In this document: positions 1 through 13,385 of the stretch, one piece after another
How the letters are laid out: each line of letters starts with the position of its first letter
Position numbering within the stretch: the stretch's first letter is position 1
DNA from: Pelomyxa schiedti
Lineage: Eukaryota; Protista; Evosea
Direction: 5' to 3'
Assembly: GCA_020536535.1 (NCBI GenBank)
Contig: JAHLWZ010000277.1
Location: forward strand, 1 to 64,000
DNA: 64,000 nt
Notes under the pieces: model-generated
The model's database searches: none
What the model was told of the DNA's origin: nothing
Seen by the model: only the letters and a program-made list of their open reading frames with translations
Position numbers and translations under genes: made by a program

Positions 1-3000
1 CCCTACAAAACCCAGCTCCCTTCATGTACCTGGTAACTTTTCCAAGTCCTAATGAACATTAGTTTCATAGTTTCATAGGAAAGCTGCCAACCCCCCAAAG
101 CACAAAAAAAGAAATTGCAACCCCTCAATCTTCCGGTGTTGTTTCAGTCTCTCTTTCCAGTATTACTACAGTAGAACACATTAAAACTTCAATTCCACTT
201 ACTGCTGCACAAAGAGAGGACAATCAGAGAAAAGCATGTCTTCCAATTTTACAGGTGCGAGATGAGTTCTGTCTGAGACTCCTCAAGGAGCATGTCATTG
301 TATGTGTTGCGGAGACTGGATCTGGGAAAACAACACAGCTGCCACAATACTGTGTGAAGCTGTTAAAAGAGTCCTCTCAAGTAGGGATTGTAGTATGTAC
401 CCAACCACGAGCAATTGCCTCGATTTCTGCTGCAAAAATAGTGGCAATGGAATTTGATGGGTGCATTCCAGGCCAATCTATTGGTTATGAGGCAGAAGGA
501 ACAAGTATCCAAGGCAGTGAAATTGTATTTTGTACTGATACCTGTTTTGTTCGCAAAGCTTCGGGCAATCCCCTTCTGCAAGGTTTGACAGTGTTGTGTT
601 CTATCTGTATTGTGTAATATGTCAAGTGAGTATTAAGTACTATAACCATAGGCTCTTCCTCTAACCTGAGAAAACTAAATCAAAGGGGTTTCTGTTGTGA
701 TCATTGATGACGCGCATGAACGGTCTCTCCATACTGACATTGTTCTTGGGATATGCAAACAAGTGCGAAAACAACGAACCAAAGATTTTTATATTGTGGT
801 GGCTTCTGACATGATTGATGAATCCGCATTCCTGTCATTCTTTGAGTGCACGTCACCAGCAATCAAGGTTCCTAGTACACAGTTGCAGGTTACCCTTGAA
901 TATATCCCACCACAGTCACTGCCAGGGGAAACAAGTAACGAGGTGGTCAGTATAAATAAACTTATTCGAAATCATATCATACCCACAGTCATAGCGAAAC
1001 TCATTCAATTTCCCACTGGAAATGCTCTTGTTTTCCTTCCAGGACAAAGTGAGGTGGAAAAAGCTATTCAGATATTTAAACAGCAGAAACCTCCTCAAAA
1101 AAAATGGTCTGCCCTGCCCCTCTTTGGATCGCTTCAACCTAAATGGCAACAACTTCTATGTTTCGAGGAGAGAAAACCAACAGATAAACGGCTCATTATT
1201 TTCTCCACCAATGTGGCAGAGGCTTCCTTGGCTTCTGGTAGGATACCCTTGGTGTTTGACTCTGGCCTGGAAACCGAGTTAGTATATGACTCACCGAGAA
1301 ACATTACAGTGCATGAACTACGCTACATCTCTAGTGCTTCGTCGGAGCAGAGAAGGGGGATTGCTGGAAGAGCGCGCAATGCTCATTGTGTAAGACTTCA
1401 TGGGAAAGGGGCAATAACAAGACAATCCATTGAACCTGAGATATTGCGCTCCTCTTTAGATTCCATTGTACTTCAATTGAAAGGAATGAATCAAGACCCA
1501 TTGGCTTTTCCTTACATATCTCCACCACCTCGCCAAAGCTTGGTAGATTCCATTTCTCAGATGGCGCGCCTCCAACTTCTGGACTCATTGGGGCAAATAA
1601 CACCCCGAGGCATCCTTATATGCAGTCTTGAGTTCGAACCACGCTTGGCCAGTTTTGTACTGGCAATAATGGATAAGCAGCCTAGTTATCTCGACACTGC
1701 TCTTATTATATCGGCCATACTCAGTGTTCCTGGCAGCATTTTTTTTATGGATGATAAGTCAGACCGATTTGCAGTAAAAGGAAATATGAGCTCTTTTGAC
1801 AGTGACCTTCTCTTCCTGCACGATGTTTATATCCGTTGGTGTCAGGCCGGTCTCACCGTCAACGGTAATTGCATCACTTGTAAGAAGCCCTCCAAAAAGG
1901 CTTTCTGCCAGTCCTGCCGCCCTTCATTCTCCTCAAGCAATGGCCTCAACAGTAAAGTACTGACAGCTGTAGAGTCACTTATTCAAACCACTAAATGCAC
2001 TCTCTCAGGGCCACAGCTCACTGAGGCACCTCAGCTTCCTGTCGCTACTGTGCCCTTCAACAAGTCTATAACTGAACTCATTATTTCTGACAATCTTAGT
2101 GGTCCTTTCCTTGACAAACTTGTGGAGGTCTTGGTTCCCCGTTCCCCTGACAAGGGTGTACGCATTGTAAGTCAAGAAACCAGGGCCAGTATCGCCTCTA
2201 CCTCATGTGTTCTCCAGCACCATAGTGAATCTCGCTATTACTTGGCTATGAAAATAGTCAAACTTCCAAGTGGACAATACTTTGTGGATCAACTTCACCC
2301 AGTTTCTGAACAGACTCTGTTGAAATGTGACAGTACGTGGTGCAGTAAGCATGGTGTTCCCTCAGTGCCGTATATGGCTAAAGAGTGGCCAGATGTAGGC
2401 TATGTATTTGAAAACTTGTGCCAAGAGAAGTGTTCCCCAAGACAAGGAAAACCAGAGAGGTGGCACACCATAATCCATGACAATGCCAGACATACTCTTA
2501 AACTTTTTTGTCCTGAAAAATTTCGTTCAGAGCTAATTGCAGAGGTGGAGCAGTGCATAAAAGAAGAACAAATCAATATGAGTGCCTTCAAAACCCAATA
2601 TGTGGTAGGAAATGGTGCAGCACGTGTGACTTTTGGTCAAGGCCTTACAGTATCAGATGTTGCCTTGATAACAACAGAACAACAGTTCACATTTGATCAC
2701 CTCCCAGCTATTTCTAATACCCAGGATTTTAAACAGTGGGTCTCTAATGAGTTGCACCTATCAGAAACTGAGATTGGTTGGTGCAAGTTTGACACAGAAA
2801 AACGCAGAGGGGTCCTCCTTTCTTCCGACCTCCCTGTTACAGTCAGCAAAATTCGTACCAATTACTCCAAATGGCAGAGCTCCCATCTGGGTGCTCTTAA
2901 TAGTGCAACTAATCTTACAATCTCTGCAAGGGAAGATCATTACGGAAAGCAAATTCGGGCTACAACAAATGCAACGTTTACCTGCGAACAAGTAATGGCT

Positions 3001-6000
3001 GCCTTCCCAGGCTGCATTCATGCCACAGCCGTTACATCTTCAACTGTATTAAAAATTCTTGGATTGCCCAGTATGGTGACACGCCAAGCTATCTCCTCCA
3101 TGATCTCAGGTCTTGGTGCTTTCAACATTTCTGTAAAACCCGCGAATAAAGCTGGCAAAGTTAATGCTTATGTGAATCAAGTTCAAGAGAACCAAAAGGG
3201 TCCGGTGCTACTAGCATTAAGCCCGCTCCAAAAACCCACTGGCTTCTTATGTGAGCCCCCAAGATTTCAATGGGATACCGACTACATATGGGTGATCACT
3301 TTCTCATCCACCTGGGAAACTGAAAAGGCTCTGGAACTCAACAAAAGTTCCCACACCTTTCGTGTTCTTTCATCCAACCAAGTAGAAATACAGTACCCTG
3401 CCCTTTTCAATCTTCCTGACATGTTCCAAAGAATCAATAGCAAATTTAAGGAACCTGTTAAGTTTGACTGCAGAGAAGGGAATACTAGAAATGCATTTGT
3501 TACTGTTTCAGGGCAGCCTACTAGTTGTGAAAAAGCATGTGAGTTGTTGCTATGCTGTACTCGCCCAATAAAGTTGCGAGTGGGCGAAAAAGATCCCCAA
3601 CGTTTTCTCATGTTTTCTGAGCTTGTTGAAAAGCATCTTCTTTTAGCCTGGGCCACAGAATTAAAGCTTCAAGTTTGCACCAAATCAATTCCTGGGCACC
3701 ACAAAGTGATTGAAGTGACAATTTTTGGCCCAGTATCTCAACAAAGTCTTTTCATGGTGAAAGTTGGTGACTATGCCAACCAATTTTCAACGCGGTTTGC
3801 AATGCTACGATTCCACTCTCTGGACAACAATAAATTCCAGATGGGACATGCAGCATGGTATGTGTTAAAAACCATTTCTGAGAAGTACAACTCTACTGTA
3901 CAATTTTATGAACACTTATCAGTGGTTGCCATTGAGACCCCAACGAAACAAAGGACTGACGAGTGCCGCATTGAAGTCCTCCAAACACTTAAGGATAAAT
4001 GCAAGGTTAGGGAAGTAGAACTGTCTTGCGTTTGTTGTGGATGCCCAGGTAATCTGTCTCTCCGTCTCTGTGACCACTGTTACTGCACAAAATGCCTTGA
4101 AAAACACGTACAATCAGGAAAATTTCCTGTGAACTGTGTTGCTTGCGATAGCCCTATTTTATTGAATGACTTGCAGGAGCACTTATCTAAGGAAGTCTGG
4201 AAAAAAGCTTGCAACCTCAGCGTTTGTACTCTTCTAAGATTGAAGCATGTAGACGGGATATCGGAATGCCCCACGAAGTGTGGGTCAGTGTTGCCCGCAA
4301 GAGCTCTTTACCAAGAGTGCCGCGGATGCCATAAAAGTGTCTGTCCTATTTGCTCTACTATCGATGAACCAGGCCACATAGGCCGAAGTTGTGGAGCTTT
4401 CCAAGAATGGAAAAGTGATATGGTGCATTGCCCGAGTGGCTGTGGTGAGCTAGTAAGCAAAAAGAGAATGTACCATGCTTGCCAAAATTGTGGTGTCATG
4501 GTGTGTGGTGGTTGTGGCATCTGCAACAATGACTGGCATCTTTCGCGCTCCTGCCAGCAATTCACTGATTACAAAAATGACATGGTGAAGTGCCCCGACA
4601 AGTCGTGCAATGGGTTTGTAAGTAAAACAGCTGGGCCAACGTACTGCAATTCATGTGCCAACTCTGTCTGTGGTGCTTGCCAAACCATAAACAGTGAACT
4701 TCATTCTGGTCGCAAGTGCGTTGAGTACCGCCGATTGAATTCTCTTGGTATGACAGTTTGCCCAACCCGGTGTGGTGGTGCTATTTTGAAAAGCTATTCT
4801 CAATGTGACACATGTAAGAAAATGGCATGTGGTTCTTGTGGGCGTGTTTCTGAGCCTTTGCATTCTGGTCGGAGCTGTGAGCTAACAACAAAACTTTTTT
4901 CTGAAGGTAGAATGGTCTGCCCCTATGGTTCTTGCAATGGTCTAGTCTTCAAAGCGAAGCCCTCTGCTTGTACAGTCTGTGGATACTTTGTTTGTGTTTC
5001 TTGTAACATAGCATCATTCAGAACTCACCATATTGGTCGGACATGTGTGGAGTATAAGGAATACTTAAAACATGGGGCAATACTGGACAAGTTAATCTCA
5101 GATTCTGATGCATGGGCCCACAGAAACTGGGATGTTACAATGCCCTCCATACAACAGATTATTCCCAACCCTGGTTTGACAAAGAATTGCCAGGCACTAC
5201 AGAAATTCCTCAAGATGGTGCCAGGTGGGTTAGTTGCTCTCCCAGTCAGCACTTTCTTCGCCTGGCATGGCTCCACTGAGACTGGAATCGTGCAAATATG
5301 CGATGAAGGCTGGGATACAAGCAAACGCACGGGCCAAGCCTACGGCCCCGGAGAGTACTTTGGCATTACTTCAGCCATTTCTCAAGGATACTGCAAAACA
5401 GGAAACTTCATGCTCGTTGCACTCGTTATCCAAGGATCATGGGTGAGCAGGATCCGGGATTTCTGCTATGTAGTGAACAACCCAACCGGTGCAGACACAG
5501 GTTCCTATTGCCTGCCATTAAGTGTGGTTGTATTTGGAGTCAACAAGCAGCCAACATTCAAGCTGTACCCAAGTGCCACTCCCTCGTCCCACAATTCATC
5601 CTCAACAGCAGGGTCTACGCCAACAACATCTTCCCCGACCTCAGCATCCACAACAACCACACCGACGTCAAACTCAGAGTGGAAGATGCCGTTTTGGTGG
5701 CACTGGATGACAAACGAGCGGGCGTACGAGCCGTACACGGCCGCTGTCAATCTGATAATCGAGCGGATGCACGAGGACTACGTTCGCGGAAGCTCCTTCA
5801 CCGCCCTGACGCCGCCGATCCGGCGCTACGTCGACGAGAAGCACCAGCCGTACGCGATCGACTTTGCCAAGGGCACGCAGACCAACACCGCGACGTCGTA
5901 CGCGCGCTCGATTATACGCAAGGTAGTTCCTGTGTCTGGAAGCTGCAATTGGCAGTGGCAGGACGATTCTGGGAAGTGGGTGCCCTTTGAGCTTCTGTCT

Positions 6001-6270
6001 CAGGATCTAATCGAGAAGGCGTACCAGGCTTATAGACAGGGCAAACCCGGGGTATACACCTTTTCATTTAAACAAGTCACAATATCAATCTTAACAGACA
6101 CTACCATAACCCCACTGAACTTCTTTAAGCGCACAACTGTTTCTAACTCAAAACAGACCATTGACAATATGAGGTTTCCCGGCAGCCCAGACCCATACTC
6201 CCTGGATTTCATCGCCGGCACACAAACAAACGCCAAGACAAACAAAACCAGGTTAATAAGGAGGGTGTGA
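1..6270 (+). CDS. DEAH/RHA-type helicase-like protein fused to RING + 5 IBR-like zinc fingers + PARP-type ADP-ribosyltransferase + WWE domains (5' end outside window)
   Basis: Walker A ETGSGKTTQ and TQPR in ORF 255-617. Intron 583-685 joins in frame to VIIDDAHERS. Further motifs: VFLPGQ, STNVAEAS, QRRGIAGR, PEILR; RING from about 4027; five CP..C..C..C..C..C..H....C units 4267-5065; WHGS...YGPGEYF; two WWE-like units (W.W......Y/W.PY/F). Frame is open upstream to a probable intron at 33-78. Confidence 0.85.
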
Positions 6271-6359
6271 CAGCATTTCCCTGCGCGAAGAAAATCTTCA
6301 AAAAAAGAAAAATTGTTGATTTGCTGAACATACGAAAAAAAAAAAAAAAACCCACAGTG

Positions 6360-6881
6360 ATGCGAACGGTTGTGGTGTTGATCGCCGCCTGTTGTGGCGC
6401 CGTCTACGCTCTAAACAATGGTTAGATCTCCTTTCATTTGTGCTGGCATTCAACAGTGTTGTGAAGGTCTGGGCCTCACGCCGCAGATGGGCTGGAACTC
6501 ATGGAACCACTTTGGGTGCGACATAAATGAAGACTTAATCAAGTACAGTCCTTTTTTTTCTCCTTCCCCTTTGCCTTTAAATGTATATTATTATATGACC
6601 TTTCACACAGGGGCACAATTGACCAACTTGTGTCTACTGGGCTCGCTGCAGCCGGTTACAAGTACAACCTAATCATTCCCTAAATACGTGAACCTTACTC
6701 TCCTACAGATACGTTAATCTGGATGATTGCTGGCAAGTAAGTCACTCACTCACACCTTGATGCTATAGTGTTTCCCCTTTAAACACAAATGCAGACTGAA
6801 AGAACAGCAGATGGCACGATTGTTGCTGATCCAGTAGCATTCCCTAGTGGGATACAGGCTCTTGCTGACTATGCTCACTCA
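6360..6881 (+). CDS. GH27 alpha-galactosidase / alpha-N-acetylgalactosaminidase, 5' part (truncated by gap)
   Basis: Signal peptide [17 protein letters not shown]. Spliced sequence reads [51 protein letters not shown]; 4 GT-AG introns. Confidence 0.92.
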
Positions 6882-6981
6882 NNNNNNNNNNNNNNNNNNN
6901 NNNNNNNNNNNNNNNNNNNNNNNNNNNNNNNNNNNNNNNNNNNNNNNNNNNNNNNNNNNNNNNNNNNNNNNNNNNNNNNNN
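6882..6981. other. Assembly gap (100 N, true size unknown)
   Basis: Run of exactly 100 N. Most of the GH27 gene is missing, so the real gap is longer than 100 nt or the join is wrong. Confidence 0.98.
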
Positions 6982-7018
6982 CGGCGTTCGGTTCCCGCCG
7001 CGGCCGGCTTCGGCTAAC

Positions 7019-10000
7019 ATGGGCTGCCCTCCTCTCATAACTGCGCAGGGGAGCCTCTCCATGGAGAGCTACACGCAGGACCACTCTTACACCACTGATG
7101 ACTTGGCTTATGGGAATGTCAACGTTTCTGCTTCTTCTACTCACCCAATTTCACCACCACCAAAAGTTGCTCACAATCCTCCCCCTCCTGTGGCAAATAT
7201 ACCACCCCCACCTAGTGCTACTAGTACCACAACTACCAATTCAGGCCCTCCTCCTGAGCCACCTGTTTCTGTAAGTGCTCAAAAGACTGACACAGCTTCT
7301 TGTGGAATTCCCCCACCTTCCACAACTCCTCCTCCCTTGGCTGCAGTTACCCCTGTTCAGCCACCCCCAATTTCCGTTATCGGCCCTCCACCAGTTGAAA
7401 CAATAAGCCCTCCACCAACTACAATAATTGAACCTCCACCACAAGTTTCCTCGATCAATCCCCCATCAGTCGGTCCTCCTTCACAGACCCCTGGAATCCC
7501 ACCTCCTCCTGTTGCTGACATTAGGCCTCCTCCACCTGCTACAAGCCAGTGTGCACCACCAACCACGACTATACAGCCACCCCCAGTCGCTACAATCAAC
7601 CCTCCCCCACCAGTAGTGTCTAACACTATTCTTCCACCACCAGTATCTAGCGCAATAATTGGTCCCCCTCCACCGGTAAGCGAACCTGTAATCAGACCTC
7701 CAGTGGTTGCACCTCCTTCATCACCAGTAGTTCAATCTGTGCCAGGAGCTACGCCACCCTCAATAGGACCTCCTCCAGTTCCTCCTCCATCTATTGGACC
7801 GCCAAGTTCAGCACCTGCAGTTGCACCACCACCACAATCAACTCCACTCGGCCCACCCCCACCAGTAGCTCCACGTACAGTCTCACCACCTTCTGCCCTG
7901 CCCCCTCCTGGCTCCCCACCACCAGGCTCCCTCCCGCCGCCTGGGCCCCCGCCACCTCTAGGACCTCCTGCAAATTCTAGTACTGTTCTCAGCTCGGCAT
8001 CAAGCATGGCGCCTACTACAAGCAACATTCCTGTGAGGCGGATAGCTCCTCCCCCAGTACAAATTCATTTTTACCTTAATGTAAGTAAATTTTCTGATGT
8101 AGAGCCCTGAGCAATTGGCGCTTATACAACAAAAAGTAGCAACTTTTTACAACCCTGTGTGTCCTTTGAAGGTGCCAACTTATGTTAATCCTTCCCTCAG
8201 AACGACCCAAGAATACAACGCAGTCAACATATAATAAGGACCTGGCTACTGCGCAGAGCAAGAGGTTAATTTCTTTTCTTTTTTCAATGGACTCATCTTT
8301 GAAACAAGCCCAAGTCAATATTCCTGCAAGAAAAGCAGCATTCAAAAAATTAGTTTTTGCAGAAAGAGAACTTGTTCGCTTGTTGAAGCTTCTAGTTTTA
8401 CATTATATTGTCCCTATTGAGCGAGGCGATGCAAGTGTATGAGCGAGAAACATTAATTTCTTGTTCTGATGTGCCACAAGGCCACAATAACTCAAACGGA
8501 TATCACAAATCTGTGTGGGGAAGCAAGACAACTTCTAACCCTTCACACAAAAATTTTGAAGTGCTTTGATGATGTATATCCATCTCAATATTTAAACAAC
8601 CCACTTAATCATTCAGTTGGTTTCTAATTGGCCCTGTGTTGATGGTGTTGGGCGAGTTTTTTTGGACTCTGCGATAACCTCTGAATTAGCTGTGTATGGT
8701 AAGTAAGTATTTCATCTGACTTGCATATCTTACTCTTGGAATCAGGTTCCTATGTCGAACACTCTCTCGTGCATTCTGAGACTTTAAAACGTCTCCAAAC
8801 AACTGATCACATTTTTGCAGGGTGGGTTCAAGAGGTACTCTTCCATATTATTCACTTTAAATATGACCTAAAGCAGACCTTTCTCAATATGGGCGAGGAC
8901 AAAGATTTTGGTGAATTACTTGCCTGCCCACTTAATCACATGAATGTCTATGCAAGTATCATGCGAGAGCTGATTTCCAATACTCCTGTCAGCAGTCCGG
9001 ACTTCTCTACTCTCACTGAAGCAGAAGCATATTTGCAGCAAGCGTGCAACGTAACCCTAAGTTGACAGTGGTTTTTGTACTCACATGTGTAGGTCGTCAC
9101 TGCTGCCAGGGAAAGGTCCACTAGTAAGAAGAGATATGTGGAAGCCGTATTGAAAGTCGGAGGCTTTCAACCGGTTGCTTTAAAAACTCTGCCCATACCT
9201 TTAACCCTGTATAGACAATTTTCCCTGAAGACTCCAGCCGGCAACTGGTTGCAGAATTCGATTTTTCGTTCATGAAGAACAAGAAGCCTACACCACTGTA
9301 CGCACTCCTATCACTCACAGAGCCACTCACTCCATAAAGGCATGGCATTCTTTTCTCTGACCAACTTATTTTACTGTCATGCAAAAAAGACAAAAAGAAA
9401 GGCGATACCTTTAAGAGGAAGTTTGTTGTGAAAATGTCTGAAATAACAGAGCTTGCCAACGAGCCTGGAGGTAATTTAATTTCATTATTTCCCCCCTTCT
9501 CACGCCGCAAAGATTACTTATTGCCTTGCAGATCTCACATCTATGTCTGTTACCATCAACAAGAAAACCAAGTACATTTTTAAAATGAACACAAACAACA
9601 CTCGCAATCTTGTTCTGGGTGCTTTGAGGGAACTCTATGATAAGCTCCATGTATGCTATCTTCATCTTTCTGAAATCACCACTTATTGTACCTAGAGGAA
9701 ACGATTTGGTGTGTCTCCACTGAGAGAAACTAAAAATACCAATTAATTGAACAGTTTTTGGATGTCTGCTCGATGAGTGCCTGCAAAGTGAGGAGAGAAT
9801 GGAAATTGGTGTGCCCCTTGTTGTTGAACGTGGGCTCCTCCAGTTGGAACTAGGTGCCACCTCTTTCTTTCTTTTTTTTTGTTACCCAAAACCTAGATTT
9901 GGATATAGTTGGTATATTCCGAATTCCAGGCCAAACAAACGCTGTATCTAAACTTAAAAAGATGGTTCAAGGTAAAACCTACACTCGAAATAAAACGAAT

Positions 10001-10559
10001 TAAACAAAAACCCTCTAGATGATATCAACTTTAAATTCAAACCTGATGATGACCCCTTCACCGTGGGGTCCCTTGTGAAAATGTATTTTAGGGAAATGAC
10101 AGACCCTCTCATGCCCTTCTCAATGTATGAGAAATTTTTGGAGTTAAACACCATTACTGGTAAAAGCAACCTTCCCACTCAGATTTTTTTACAACAAAAT
10201 TAACACAGAGAAGTCCGCATTCTTCGCCGCAGCTGTACCTTTACTTAATTCACTACCACCATCGAACAAGAAGCTCCTGAAGTATGTTTCAGAATTTGTT
10301 ATGAGGCTTATTTCCCACTCGGCCGCCAACAAGATGGATGGTACTCCCCTGCCATTCAAATTTCATCCTTATTAACTTTTTTTTTTCCCTCTCTACTATC
10401 CTCACAACCTCAGCCAAAAATGCCTCTATTTGCCTTGCTCCAAATTTCCTGCGTCCCCAAGTTGAGACCATGGAATCTGCTCTAATGATGCCCAAGGTCA
10501 ATCTCGTTATCACAAAATTCTTTGAGTGGTACCCAGAACTCAAGACCACTTTTTCCTAA
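7019..10559 (+). CDS. Proline-rich RhoGEF(DH)-PH-RhoGAP protein
   Basis: About 340 aa poly-Pro N-terminus. DH-like LVFAERELVRLLKLL and LLACPLNHMNVYASIMREL; PH-like RHGILFSDQLIL; RhoGAP VPLVVE, GIFRIPG, SLVKMYFREMTDPL, NKMDAKNASICLAPNFLR. Start codon uncertain (7019 or 7061). Confidence 0.85.
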
Positions 10560-10627
10560 GTAATTCCGCCCTCGAACCTCCACTAAGCTATGAAGAAGAA
10601 GAAAAACACAACCATTGTGAAACAAAT

Positions 10628-12468
10628 TCACAGTCGTTCTATGTCTACTTCTTCCATTTGTCCATTTTCTAGGATTTTCTTCCATGCCACAGGAACTCCA
10701 TTGCTTTTGAGCTTTTTGGCTAGTGCTATGATAACTGGTGGAACACAGGGGTCGAACAGAGCCAGTACAACTTTGTTCAGCTTACAGGCTGGGTGCCGTG
10801 TCACTTGCATGTGAGCATCAAAGATGGCTTGGCATATCTCCGGTATTGGGTTACCAAAGACTCCTGGAATTGGGTGTGAGATAGAGAATGGAAAAAGAAT
10901 GGGTTTGCTCTTTACCTCCCCCAATAAGTGTCAGGAAAAGACTGGGGGCTTCTCTTACTGCAGCTGCCAGATAGGACCCCTGATAAGCAGCATCTAACAG
11001 GAATCTGCGTTTCTTCTCCGACTCAGTGTGCTTCCGGTTTCGAGCTCCCGACATGCCTTGACCACAGTTCATGGCTGCATTAAATTTCAGTTTCGAAAAG
11101 ACGTGATGAGGTTAATATAAACCTGCACAAAACACTTGATCCACAGTGTGCTTGGACGGTACAACTGTAAAGTGGTCCCAGTCAGGACAACCACCGAAAA
11201 CAACCTAAAACCATTACAATATATCGAAATAGAGGAGAGAAAACCTGACAGTCCGTGTGAAGGCCAATCTTAGTACTATTGAGCAGGTCTCCTTGTTCTG
11301 CAGGGCCAGGGAAATTTGTGGGTTCCTCACTGGAGAAATTGACATGTTGCACGGGAAAGATGAATTGTACCTGAGGATCACATAACCATTTCTAACGGGA
11401 AAGTGCTGTTTAATATTTTCGAGAAATTCGATCTGATCAAGGAAGAAAGGTGATCAGTAGATGAGAGTGAAAAACAAAGCACACTTGTTTTTCCCTTGTT
11501 TGTCTCCAAGAAGATGGCGGCTTGAAGGGATCGTAAAATGCGGCATGGACCTGCCTCCTGTGAAAATAGAAGAGAGGGAGGAATAGATTACTCTCGCAAT
11601 CGCAGCGGCAGCAGCAGATACAGATGCTGCAGGGCCCTGTGTGCGATCCCTTTTTTCAATTTGTTTCTTGTCAGGGGAAAAAAGAAAAAAGGAGGTTGTG
11701 GAATACGAAATGTAGTCCTCCGTGAAAGAAGAAGCATCTGGTGCACGAGACTCTGACGGTGATTCAACGCCATTGAAATTTGAAGCAACTTGGAATACAG
11801 CACGCTCATTTTCTTTGAGACCTTGGATATAGGCCACATCAACATATTTGGAAGCAGTCTATTCGATGCATGAGCTTTATAGTGTTACTGTGATGCAATA
11901 TTTGACGCACTTCATAATCTCTTGTCCGTATTTCGAACATGCAAGGGGCTTTTGGTAGGGCATCAGAAACAGTTTTACTGTCCAACTTTTCCCGCAACGT
12001 GCCAAGGGTAATAGGCTCAAATTTTCCTGCCCTAAACAGGTTTCTCGTTTTGACGTTCTGCACAACTAAGTCTGCATTTCCAATGTTATGGGGTCTCAAC
12101 GTGACCAAAAACAAAAAAAAAAAAAAAAAAAAACAGAAAAACAAAAGCAAAAACAAAAACGCAAACAAAAAACTCAACACACTTCCATCTCCAGCATCGA
12201 GGAAGGGGCAGGAGCAAGGGTTGCTGTCCACCAACTTCCTCATCGCTCCCTCGTACATCCCCGTTATGGCCTTGAACCACTCATACATGGACACCAAGGC
12301 AGGGAGCTCGGGAACGGCCTCCCCCTCGCCCACCGCCTGCGACAACACTCGCGCGTAGCTGCATCGCGTCTCCGCGACAGCAACAGCCGTGCACGTGTTT
12401 TCAGCGCCACCAGTAGTACTTGTGGTTGTTGTGGTTGTGGTCTCCGCTCCAGTCGTAGATGTGGCCAT
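10628..12468 (-). CDS. Uncharacterised macrodomain/PARG-like protein (QVASxFN...TQGP...GGGxFGN family)
   Basis: Spliced motifs AVFQVASNFNGVE, DRTQGPAASVSA, LLDAAYQGSYLAA, LFLTLIGGGVFGNP. The last resembles the macro-fold diphosphate-binding loop. Function is inferred. Confidence 0.65.
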
Positions 12469-13385
12469 CAAGTCGCCGATCCAAACTCCCAAGTGATCAC
12501 AGACTTTTCTCGCTTGTGTTTCGAGTGATGGGACATTTCCAGTGAGGGATATGACCAGGTGAACAACCTTGTAAGAGTGGTGGTCTGGGAGAGGGTTGTG
12601 GGCTGAATAGTGTTGTTGTCCTCATGTGTGTTATCACAACTTTGACTATTTACACGATACAGAGGGGTTTATAAGGTGGGTTGGTTGGCTGGTGTCTGTT
12701 AGCTTGAACTCACAGGTTCCCATGAATGGCCAAAATTAGTTAGCCAACTTGCACCCAGTAATCACACCAAGATTCCCTTAGAGCAGGCATAGCAAAAGTC
12801 GCCAGGGTTTTTAATCCATGGGGCACTCATCACCATCACGGCACAAAAATCGACAACCTGTTTTCCTATAAAAGGTGATCTAGGAGGCTAACACAAGTTT
12901 AAGTTTACTGCAAAAGCAAGTTTTTCAGGACACTTTTAGAGTTTGTTTACTGGTTTGAGTTGGTTGTATCCCCCCATAAGAGGGTTGAGGCATTCCACAG
13001 AGTGAGTGTTTTCACAGCATCCCAAGGACCACTTCCTAGAATCGAATGATTTTTGTTCATAGATAGTTTTTTTGGACCTTTCCAGAATGTGCCGTAATGA
13101 ACAACAACAACAGGTCAGCAATTTGATTTTTTTTTTTTGCACTGACCTGCTCATGGGGTTTGGGTTCGTTTTTTTCTTTGAATAATGGGAGAAGAACCTC
13201 CAGATTGGGTGAAGTTGACAACAACGAGATGTGATCCAGAACTGCTTCACAGGAGGGAGGAGCAGGAGCCCCAGCCTCTGTCAAGTGAGTCTTGTTGAAT
13301 TTTTGGTTTTCTTTGAGTGCTGGATCTGATGTGTTTTTGTAGTTGTAAGACACAAATAGATGAAAGCATAAGAGACCCTCAGAAA

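Noticed and set aside
6052-6156. 35-codon insertion in the second WWE of the 1857-aa ORF
   Set aside because: Bounded by GT...AG, AT-rich and 105 nt long; most likely a stop-free intron rather than protein.
6360-7100. Fusion of alpha-galactosidase with the Pro-rich Rho regulator
   Set aside because: The apparent continuity is an artefact of ORFs reading through the N gap.
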